The notes below the pieces were generated by a model. It was not told the DNA's origin. It searched no databases and saw nothing but the letters and a program-made list of their open reading frames with translations. Shown here one piece after another: positions 19,809-28,423 of a stretch of 64,000 bases of DNA; the first letter of the stretch is position 1, and each line of letters begins with the position of its first letter. The translations under genes were made by a program, and so were the position numbers. Source of the DNA: Tubiluchus corallicola (taxonomy: Eukaryota > Animalia > Priapulida); the NCBI GenBank assembly GCA_030141605.1, contig JAQGDQ010000216.1, forward strand, positions 124,001 through 188,000, in the 5' to 3' direction.

Positions 19809-19940
19809 GTGAACTTTTGCAAATCGGAAGATTTTGGTTTAGATCGATAAAAGCTCACTCCTTATCTGTACAAATGGGGGTTTTGAAGGGGGGATTTTGA
19901 TGAAAGTATTAATAAAAAGATGATTTTTACAAAGGTCTCA
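19809..19940 (+). repeat. Dispersed palindromic MITE-like element, copy 5
   Basis: GTGAACTTTTGCAAA...ATTTTGGTTTAGATCGAT...GATTTTGATGAAAGTATTAATAAAAAGATGATTTTTACAAAGGTCTCA; begins just after the folK stop. Confidence 0.85.
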
Positions 19941-20125
19941 GGTTGTGTTTTTTACCCTTGATGTTCAGCACTTATTTATTCCGCAAGTTCTGTTCCCGGT
20001 TTTTTATATAGGGGCTTTTTATTATGTTTTCACTTTTTAATGCTTTATTTTTATTGCGTTTTTGTGGTGTGCTGCGTAGGAGTTGGCAGCCACACTTGTT
20101 TTTATAGTTTGGATATATTTTGTCT

Positions 20126-20809
20126 ATGGAGAAAAAAGTACTGTTACAGCTTATGAAGGATGATGTTAAAACCCTTGACGGTATTGTGTCCGGGTTTTCG
20201 ACGGCTTTACCTCCTGGAGCAAGAGAGGCAGATATTGCTTTGTCCAGGGCACGTTCAATAGTTAAGGAGCTGGAAGTTTACCTATCTATATGTGTTGAGG
20301 GAGGAGCAGGCAGAGGAGAGGAGTTTGCTGAGTCGCGTGAAAATGAAAGAGTCAATAATGAACATGTAGGTAGTGTGGCTACCTTTGCAGTCACAGATGG
20401 TGATGTTGACAAGATAGCTGGGGCTGTGGAGGGAGAGAGTAAGAAGCAGGATGATAAGGCTCTGTATGAAAATAATATTGAGTCTTTTGCAAAAAAAGAC
20501 ACAAGTGAGGCTATGAACTTAGATGGGCGGGTTGTAAATGACATGTTTGGGAATGATAGCACTGATGATGAGTTTGCAATGAAGCCATTAAAAAGTTTGC
20601 GGGAAGGGATTGATGTAAACGACAGGTTTCTTTTTTGCAGAGAGTTATTTGGAAATAGCAGTAGTAAATATGATAGAGCATTGAATACGCTTGATAACTT
20701 TGCGAAGTTGGATGAGGCTGCCAGCTACCTGGAGTCTAATTTCAGTTGGGAAAAGTCAGATACTGCTCAAAAATTTATTACCCTTGTGCAAAGAAGGTTT
20801 AGCAGGTAG
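20126..20809 (+). CDS. Conserved Bacteroidota hypothetical protein
   Basis: C-terminal LREGIDVNDRFLFCRELFG...W...F..LV.RRF motif of the hypothetical often found next to rsmI. Confidence 0.75.
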   Translation: MEKKVLLQLMKDDVKTLDGIVSGFSTALPPGAREADIALSRARSIVKELEVYLSICVEGGAGRGEEFAESRENERVNNEHVGSVATFAVTDGDVDKIAGAVEGESKKQDDKALYENNIESFAKKDTSEAMNLDGRVVNDMFGNDSTDDEFAMKPLKSLREGIDVNDRFLFCRELFGNSSSKYDRALNTLDNFAKLDEAASYLESNFSWEKSDTAQKFITLVQRRFSR

Positions 20810-20884
20810 GAGTTTTTTTGCTGCCGTGAGAGCGAAAGAGAATTCCACTTAAGAGAGGTTGATTAATGAACTGCAAAAATATTT

Positions 20885-21559
20885 ATGGGGAAGTTATACC
20901 TTGTGCCAACCCCGATTGGGAATCTTGAAGATATGTCCTTCAGGGCAGTAAGGGTGTTGAAGGAGGTTGATCTCATATTGGTTGAAGATACCCGCGTATC
21001 GGGTAAGCTGCTTAAGCATTTCAATATTGAAGCAAAGATGGCTCCTCACCATAAGTTTAACGAGCATAAAATTGTTGAACGACTTGCTGTACGTATGGCT
21101 GGCGGAGAAGATATTGCACTTATTACTGATGCAGGCACTCCTGCTATATCTGATCCTGGCTACCTGCTTATACGGACATGTATTGAAGAGGAGATAGCGG
21201 TTGAGAGCCTGCCTGGAGCTACTGCTATTATTCCGGCGCTTGTTAATTCAGGTCTGCCATGCAATACATTTTGTTTTGAAGGGTTTTTTCCACAAAAAAA
21301 AAACAGGCATAAAAGGGTTGGTGAGCTTATGGATGAAAGGAGGACCATGGTATTTTACGAATCGCCACACCGGCTGGTTAAGACACTTACGCTTTTTGCT
21401 ACTTATTTTGGGGAAGATCGTCGTATCTCAGTAGCACGTGAGCTTACAAAGTTACACGAAGAAAACAGGCGTGGAACTATTGCTGAAGTACTGGACTATT
21501 ACAGGGAGAGGCCTGTAAAAGGAGAAATTGTTATTGTAGTGGAGGGAAAGAGAAGTTGA
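20885..21559 (+). CDS. rsmI: 16S rRNA (cytidine-1402-2'-O)-methyltransferase
   Basis: LYLVPTPIGNLED, DAGTPAISDPG, FYESPHR, RELTKLHEE. Confidence 0.96.
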   Translation: MGKLYLVPTPIGNLEDMSFRAVRVLKEVDLILVEDTRVSGKLLKHFNIEAKMAPHHKFNEHKIVERLAVRMAGGEDIALITDAGTPAISDPGYLLIRTCIEEEIAVESLPGATAIIPALVNSGLPCNTFCFEGFFPQKKNRHKRVGELMDERRTMVFYESPHRLVKTLTLFATYFGEDRRISVARELTKLHEENRRGTIAEVLDYYRERPVKGEIVIVVEGKRS

Positions 21560-22329
21560 TGAATAGAGGGAAGTATCAACATATATTTTTCGATCTGGAC
21601 AATACCATTTGGGATTTTCGTGCGAATGCATTTGATGCTCTTAAGGTTGTATTTGAGAATCTTGGATTAATGAGTAAAATCAAATCTTTTGAGGCGTTTT
21701 TTAAAGTATATTCCGGGATTAATGATAACTTCTGGAGACTTTACAGAGCGGGGAAAATAACAAAAAATGTGTTGAAAAACAGGCGTTTTGAAGTGGCTCT
21801 GGATATGCATGGCTGTCCCTGTCCTGGCTTAGGGAGTGTTATAAATGAAGAGTTTTTAAAAGAGATGCCCAAAAAGACTAAGCTGATTACCGGCGCACGT
21901 AGTATTTTAGACTATTTATACCCCGATTACAGCTTATATATTATTACCAATGGCTTTAAAAATGTGCAGCATTGCAAGCTGAAAAATGCTGGGTTGTCAA
22001 ATTACTTTAAGAAGATTATTATTTCAGAAGAGGTGGGAGCTCAAAAGCCGAAGAGAGCTATTTTTGAATATGCGCTTACCTCTACAAATGCAAAAAAAAA
22101 CAGATCGCTTATGATTGGGGACTCCCGGGAAGCGGATATAGAGGGTGCAATTAGTTTTGGCATAGATCAGGTGCACTTTTTACCGGGCAGTGTAACAACA
22201 GGCAAAACTTCCTACTCCCCAATGCTTCATAATGCCCATAGAGATGAAGAAAGCGTTATTTGTGAAAGCAATAAAAATACAGTAACATACAACATATCCT
22301 CGCTGCATGCGATTAAGCAAATATTGTAA
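21556..22329 (+). CDS. YjjG-family HAD pyrimidine nucleotidase
   Basis: FFDLDNTIWDF, ITNGF, KP, MIGDS..ADIEGA. Confidence 0.9.
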   Translation: MMNRGKYQHIFFDLDNTIWDFRANAFDALKVVFENLGLMSKIKSFEAFFKVYSGINDNFWRLYRAGKITKNVLKNRRFEVALDMHGCPCPGLGSVINEEFLKEMPKKTKLITGARSILDYLYPDYSLYIITNGFKNVQHCKLKNAGLSNYFKKIIISEEVGAQKPKRAIFEYALTSTNAKKNRSLMIGDSREADIEGAISFGIDQVHFLPGSVTTGKTSYSPMLHNAHRDEESVICESNKNTVTYNISSLHAIKQIL

Positions 22330-22947
22330 TTTGTAAATAAATGCTGGGAGACAACGCTGCGCAGGATCAAACTAACTACTTTCGTGCATGGGTCTATTAT
22401 ATTGGACTTAATTTTAATGGAGCTCAAAACAGCCCCCCCCCCAAAGTTTAATAAATCATAAGCTTTATGATATGATTTCAGATGCCAGGCATAATAATTG
22501 GGCTAAAATTCTGAGCAAATCGTGTGAATTTAAGTGAGCGTATGTTGCAGTTTTTCAACCATTATCTTGTAGGCCAGCCTGCCCCGAGTGGATGATAAAA
22601 GGACTTCCTGCCATTAAAAAAGGGGAAATACCTGGGGTACTGATAATTGGATTCTTTAGTAAAAGCTGCGCAGCTTTTGTCTAGTTTTCCCTCAACTTGA
22701 ACTAAAGCCTTTTCGCCTTAGTTCAACACATAAAACACTTTATCGTATGCAACTGGCAAACATCTAATTTATAATCATTATAAATTAAGAGGGGCTTTTT
22801 ATATTATTGTCTTTTGTTATATTTTTCTTTTTGGCTATATGGCTGGCTGTGAGGTGGTTGATCGTAAGTGTCTGTTTGTAATATAGCTTGCTAAAATATT
22901 ACAAGAGAGAGAGTGTGTGTAGCATAGCAATTTTTATTTGTGTGCTG

Positions 22948-23140
22948 GTGTGCTGGCAACACTTTTTAACAATTATTAGCATATGTTATGGATTTTGTGT
23001 TTTTATTTGTGTATGTTTGTGTGCTGGCAACACTTTTAACAATTATTAGCATATGTTATGGATTTTGTGTTTTATTTGTGTATGTTTGTGTGCTGGCAAC
23101 ACTTTTTAACAATTATTAACATATGTTATGGATTTTGTGT
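22948..23140. repeat. Tandem repeat, about 70-bp unit x about 2.75, upstream of SusC
   Basis: Unit GTGTGCTGGCAACACTTTTTAACAATTATTAGCATATGTTATGGATTTTGTGTTTTTATTTGTGTATGTTT starting at 22948, 23019 and 23088. Confidence 0.95.
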
Positions 23141-23243
23141 CTAGACTTTACGAACCTGGTGTGGCTATAAGTTTTAGATATAAAAACGTACTTACTAATT
23201 AAGCAAAGTGATGCTAAGCTTATAAAACGATGTTAAACTTATC

Positions 23244-26200
23244 ATGATGAAACAAATTTTAGTTATTTTCTGTGCTGCAGTTGCGATTATGCTTGGAGGA
23301 AAAAATCTTTATGCTCAAACCCGAACTATAACTGGTGAGGTAACTGACCTTGCTGATGGTTCTCCTATTCCAGGTGTCTCTGTTATAGTAAAAGGTTCTA
23401 ATATTGGGACCATAACTCAGTTTGACGGGAAGTATGTCTTAAATGTTCCTGAAGGTGCAACAGTACTTGTGTTCTCTTTTATAGGAATGGGAACAAAAGA
23501 GGAGGAGATAGCCGGGAGAACAACTGTTAATACATCTATGGGTAGTACCTCTACTGATATAGACGAAGTGATGGTTGTTGCCTATGGAACAGTTAAAAAG
23601 TCATCTTTTACCGGCTCTGCTGCAAGTGTTAAGGGGGATGACATTGCTAAGATGCAAACCTCTTCTGTAACTAAAGCACTAGCAGGAACTGCCTCGGGTG
23701 TTCAAGTGGTCTCTTCATCTGGACAGCCTGGAGAAGATGCTGATATTAGAATTCGCGGAGTTGGCTCTATCAACGCGACTAGTACACCGCTTTATGTTGT
23801 TGATGGAATGCCATTTACTCAAAATATTAGTTCTATTAATCCGCAAGATATTGAGTCCATATCAGTGTTGAAGGACGCTGCGTCTGCTGCTTTATTTGGT
23901 TCTCGGGGAGCTAATGGGGTTGTTATAATAACAACAAAGCAAGGAAAATCCGGAAAGGTTGAGGTAACCTTAGATGCTCGTGTTGGAATTAACTCAAGGG
24001 CTATATCTACATATGATATTATGACAGATCCGGGAAAATATTATATGAAAACATGGGAGGCTTATAGAAATCAAATTATAGGTGGAGGCTTTAGTGTAGA
24101 GGAGGCATCTGCCTCTGCATCAGCAGGGTTAATTTCTAAACTGGGAAGTTATAATGCCTACAGAGGAGTTGCTGACGGCGAGGTTGTCACTCCTGACGGA
24201 AAACTTACCAGTGCAGCCTATTTATATAATGATAACTGGATTGATGAAACATTCTCAAGCGGAATCAGGCAAGAGTATAATTTGAATTTTAGTGGAGCTA
24301 CAGAACAAACAAGGTATTTTATATCATTTGGATATCTTGATGATGAAGGAATTATTACAGGCTCTAACTACGATAGGTTCTCTGTAAGATCTAATATTGA
24401 TCACTCCGTAAACAAATGGTTTAGTGTGGGCTCCAATATGTCTTTCGCACGTGGACTTCAATCTGCTCCCAGAACCCTTACTGATAATGCTTTTTCTAAT
24501 GCATTTATGTTTTCTCAGCAAGTAGCACCCATCTATCCGGTTTATCTTTATGACGAAGAGGGGAAAAAGGTATATAATAACAAAGGAGAGGTACAATATG
24601 ATTTTGGTAATGGGGTTATGGGGGATAGGAGTTGGGGTGCTAGAGCTAATCCTGCTGCTACATCTTCCACAGATTTGAACGAAACAATTAATGACAATTT
24701 TAGCTCCAGATCTTTTGTAAAGCTCAATCTTTTTGATGGCTTGTCGCTCACAACCAATTTGGGGTATGATTTGAGAAACCGAAGAAATACGCTGTTTTAT
24801 TCTCCACTGCATGGTGATGCTGAAAGTGTCGGAGGACGCGGATATAAATATTCGTACCGTTATGAAACAGTTACATTTAATCAACTGCTTAATTACTCAA
24901 AACAGGTTGACCAACACTCTTTTGACATATTGGCCGGACATGAAAATTATTTTTATGAACAGCAGTTTTTACAAGCAGAAAAGACAAACTTCTTTGATCC
25001 TTACAACCCAGAGCTTGATAATGCTGTTAAAAAGAATAGTATGAGTTCCTATACTAATGAACACACGATAGAAAGCTATTTAGCCCAGGTTAAGTATGAT
25101 TTTGAGAGCAGATATTATTTGTCTGCCAGCTATAGACTGGATGGTTCCTCTAAATTTCATAAAGACAACAGGTGGGGAAGCTTTTGGTCGGTTGGGGGAT
25201 CATGGCGTATAAATAGAGAGGAATTTTTAAGCGGCTTAACATGGCTTGACAATCTAAAGTTGAAAGCCTCTTACGGGGCACAGGGAAATGACGGAATACT
25301 GGATGACGACAATAGAGTAGTCTATACTCCTTATACGGATCTATATGAAGTGTTTAATTATGATGAATCACCAGCTCTATCTTTATATTATAAAGGGAAT
25401 CCTGACTTAACATGGGAAACAAACTACAATTTAAATACAGGTATTGAATTAAGTGCGCTTGATGGAAGGTTGAGGTTTGATATTGAATATTTTAAAAGAA
25501 AGACAGCAGATCTGCTTTTTAACAATCCTATGCCCAATTCAACCGGTGTTACCTATATCCCGGAAAATATTGGAGATATGGTTAACAAGGGGGTTGATAT
25601 TGCTTTGGGGGGTGATATTTTTCGCAATTCAGGTGATGGCTTTAGCTGGAGTCTAACTATTAATGGAACACATTATAAAAATGAGATAACCAGACTACCT
25701 GAAGATACAAGGGAAGACGGTATTATAAAGGGGAATAAAATTTTGAAAGAGGGGGGCTCTATATACGATTTCTATTTAGTACGATATGCGGGTGTGGATA
25801 AGGCAACCGGAGATGCACTTTATTGGAAAAAAGAGACTGATGACGACGGAAATCTAACAGGTAAGTGGGTGACAACCGATGACTATTCTAAAGCAATAGG
25901 TAGCAGAAGTGTTGTTGGCTCTTCTCTGCCTGATTTTACCGGGGGGATAAGCAATAATTTATCATACAGAGGGTTTGATCTTTTTATACAAACGGCTTTT
26001 CAGCTTGGAGGAAAAATATACGATGGAAATTACCAAGGATTAATGGGTGCAGGAGAATTTGGTAAAAACTGGCATAATGATATTCATAATTCGTGGACAG
26101 ATGACAATACTGATACTGATGTTCCCCGGGTTCAAATAGAATATCGTGATGCCAGTCAGACCTCTGACAGGTTTCTGATAGATGCTTCTTATTTTAACAT

Positions 26201-26408
26201 TAGAAACATTACATTGGGCTACACCTTAAGAAATGATTTTCTTATGCAGTCAGGCATTAAGTTTGTAAGAGCCTATTTTACAGTTGATAATGTAGTGCTT
26301 TTTTCTAAGCGTAAAGGCTTGGATCCACAACAATATTTTCATGGAAACAACGAGTTCAAATATTCACCCCTTAGAACAGCCTCTCTTGGACTTAATATGT
26401 CATTTTAA
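23244..26408 (+). CDS. SusC/RagA-family TonB-dependent receptor
   Basis: Signal peptide, CarboxypepD_reg-like N-domain, plug RIRG..SI..PLYVVDG, LKDAASAALFGSRGANGVV, GNPDLTWE, C-terminal Phe. Confidence 0.97.
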   Translation: MMKQILVIFCAAVAIMLGGKNLYAQTRTITGEVTDLADGSPIPGVSVIVKGSNIGTITQFDGKYVLNVPEGATVLVFSFIGMGTKEEEIAGRTTVNTSMGSTSTDIDEVMVVAYGTVKKSSFTGSAASVKGDDIAKMQTSSVTKALAGTASGVQVVSSSGQPGEDADIRIRGVGSINATSTPLYVVDGMPFTQNISSINPQDIESISVLKDAASAALFGSRGANGVVIITTKQGKSGKVEVTLDARVGINSRAISTYDIMTDPGKYYMKTWEAYRNQIIGGGFSVEEASASASAGLISKLGSYNAYRGVADGEVVTPDGKLTSAAYLYNDNWIDETFSSGIRQEYNLNFSGATEQTRYFISFGYLDDEGIITGSNYDRFSVRSNIDHSVNKWFSVGSNMSFARGLQSAPRTLTDNAFSNAFMFSQQVAPIYPVYLYDEEGKKVYNNKGEVQYDFGNGVMGDRSWGARANPAATSSTDLNETINDNFSSRSFVKLNLFDGLSLTTNLGYDLRNRRNTLFYSPLHGDAESVGGRGYKYSYRYETVTFNQLLNYSKQVDQHSFDILAGHENYFYEQQFLQAEKTNFFDPYNPELDNAVKKNSMSSYTNEHTIESYLAQVKYDFESRYYLSASYRLDGSSKFHKDNRWGSFWSVGGSWRINREEFLSGLTWLDNLKLKASYGAQGNDGILDDDNRVVYTPYTDLYEVFNYDESPALSLYYKGNPDLTWETNYNLNTGIELSALDGRLRFDIEYFKRKTADLLFNNPMPNSTGVTYIPENIGDMVNKGVDIALGGDIFRNSGDGFSWSLTINGTHYKNEITRLPEDTREDGIIKGNKILKEGGSIYDFYLVRYAGVDKATGDALYWKKETDDDGNLTGKWVTTDDYSKAIGSRSVVGSSLPDFTGGISNNLSYRGFDLFIQTAFQLGGKIYDGNYQGLMGAGEFGKNWHNDIHNSWTDDNTDTDVPRVQIEYRDASQTSDRFLIDASYFNIRNITLGYTLRNDFLMQSGIKFVRAYFTVDNVVLFSKRKGLDPQQYFHGNNEFKYSPLRTASLGLNMSF

Positions 26409-26419
26409 AAAAACAAAAA

Positions 26420-27862
26420 ATGAAACAGACAATAAATATTAAACTACTACTTGCTATATTATTGCTTATTACCGCTTCGTGCTCAGATGATTATTTGGAT
26501 ATTCAGCATAGTAGATACGCTTCTGCGGAAGTGATACCTGCAGCTGCTAGATTATCGGGAATGTACTTCGACTTATTTAAATATCGAGATAGTCATGATG
26601 ATTTTGGTCTCAGAGCTGTCATGCTGGCTGCCGATATGATGACAGATGATATCGCCTATAATTCTCCGCAATGGTTTTCTTATGATTATAATCTGGATAA
26701 CAGGGGGGCAGCATATCGTCGTCCCAGAAGTGCATGGAGAACTTTCTATGATGGCATAAGGTCTGCAAATGATATTATTGCTACTTTAAAACCTGAAGCT
26801 GGAGAAGAGCTAACAGACGCAAAGGCGAAAAATACTATTGGACAGGCGTATACCGCACGAGCATTTTTTTACTTTTGGTTGATAAACATGTACCAACATC
26901 CCTATCAGTGGAATAAAGAGGCTGATGGGGTTCCTATTATTACAGAGGAGGAGGAGAAGTTAGCCCGACAATCGGTTCAGGATGTATACGAACTGATGTT
27001 AAGTGATATAGAGCTGGGATACAGCTATTTAGAAGGCACAGTATCTAAAAAGGGAGAACTTAATGAGTTTGCGGCAGCAGCTATTTATGCCAAAATATTA
27101 AGCTTTGTTAATGATCATACTGACCAGTGGAATGAGGTTATCAAATATGCAGATATAGCTATTAATGGAGTTGAACTGATGGATGCAGGTGATTTCGAAA
27201 ACCTTGGATTTAATAATATAAATATTGATAAAGAGGTTCTTTGGGGAGTTGTAATTGGAGCAGAATCCGGCACTTTTTTTGCATCCTTTATGAGCCATAT
27301 GGATCCTTATGCTGCAGGATATGCGGGCGGACTTGGGCAATATAAAGAACCCTCTTATGAACTGGTTAACGCGGTAGACCCTAATGATGTCAGAAACAAG
27401 TGGTTTGAGGAAGTAACTATTGATGATGATGATAGAAAAGTACCTATTAGTAAAAAGTTTAAAGATGTTGGAGGGTTTGAGTCTGATTATATTTATTTGC
27501 GTGTTGCTGAAATGCACTTTTTAAAAGCGGAGGCTCACTACCTGAATGGAGCAGAAGGAGAAGCTAAGCTTGCTTTAGAGGCAATAATGACTGTCAGACA
27601 GCCCGGATATACATGCTCTTATACAGGTCAAGACCTCATGGATGAGATCGATTTACAAAAAAGAATTGAGATGTGGGGTGATGGATATCGCTTGTTTGAT
27701 TTAAAAAGACGTAATCAGGCTTTAGACCGGACAGGCTCAGATAATCATGCACTAACAACGCCTAAGAATATACCTGCCAATGATGACAAAATGATATATC
27801 AAATTCCACAGGTAGAAGTTGATGCTAATCCTGACATTTCCCCAGAGGATCAAAATCCTTAA
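26420..27862 (+). CDS. SusD/RagB-family lipoprotein
   Basis: Lipobox TASC-SDDYLD, RAFFYF, YLRVAEM, EMWGDGYRLFDLKR, IPQVE..ANP. Confidence 0.95.
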   Translation: MKQTINIKLLLAILLLITASCSDDYLDIQHSRYASAEVIPAAARLSGMYFDLFKYRDSHDDFGLRAVMLAADMMTDDIAYNSPQWFSYDYNLDNRGAAYRRPRSAWRTFYDGIRSANDIIATLKPEAGEELTDAKAKNTIGQAYTARAFFYFWLINMYQHPYQWNKEADGVPIITEEEEKLARQSVQDVYELMLSDIELGYSYLEGTVSKKGELNEFAAAAIYAKILSFVNDHTDQWNEVIKYADIAINGVELMDAGDFENLGFNNINIDKEVLWGVVIGAESGTFFASFMSHMDPYAAGYAGGLGQYKEPSYELVNAVDPNDVRNKWFEEVTIDDDDRKVPISKKFKDVGGFESDYIYLRVAEMHFLKAEAHYLNGAEGEAKLALEAIMTVRQPGYTCSYTGQDLMDEIDLQKRIEMWGDGYRLFDLKRRNQALDRTGSDNHALTTPKNIPANDDKMIYQIPQVEVDANPDISPEDQNP

Positions 27863-28103
27863 AGCTGGAGATACTTTTTTATTATATTAAAGTTATAAAA
27901 GACCTGGCATATAGTCTTTTAGCTTTTAAAGGTAGTACAGCGAGGGGTAAAGAGGTTGATTTTGAAAGGCTAATATTTTTTTATTCTTTTTTTGGGGAAG
28001 TTAAGTTTTGGGTTGTTAATTAACCCTTTTAGGTCGATTTTAACAAGTAATATCTTGTACCTGGGATAGTATGACATACTGTAGATGTAGTAGAGTATAA
28101 GTA

Positions 28104-28143
28104 AAGCCCAGAACTTGAGTGATTTCGCTCAAGTTCTGGGCTT
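28104..28143. terminator. Long perfect stem-loop, probable bidirectional terminator between convergent susD and nagB
   Basis: AAGCCCAGAACTTGAG-TGATTTCG-CTCAAGTTCTGGGCTT (16-bp stem). Confidence 0.7.
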
Positions 28144-28279
28144 ATTCATTACCATTTACTTGCTAAGGTCTTTACGGTTTCAGGATGCATTTCCTTTTAT
28201 AAAATTTTGCGTAGTATTATGCTTTTACCCGAGTTGAAATAGTGGGTACAATAAAAAAGCAGGGTGCAAAAAATATATT

Positions 28280-28378
28280 TGAGGCCTCTTTCTTCATTTA
28301 TAACTTGATTTTTTGTGTGCTCTTTATGTATAGTTAAGCCACGTCTGTTTTCTGCAGCGTGGTTTCACAAAGGTCTCG
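28280..28378 (-). repeat. Dispersed MITE-like element, decayed copy 6
   Basis: TGAGGCCTCT...TTTCACAAAGGTCTCG ends; interior shortened and diverged. Confidence 0.45.
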
Positions 28379-28423
28379 AGTAGTACTTTGTAAAGCCATC
28401 CCTATCCCGGATTTCAATTTGTG

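Noticed and set aside
22948-23140. Possible CRISPR array
   Set aside because: Units repeat head-to-tail with no unique spacers, and no cas genes are nearby; it is a plain tandem repeat.
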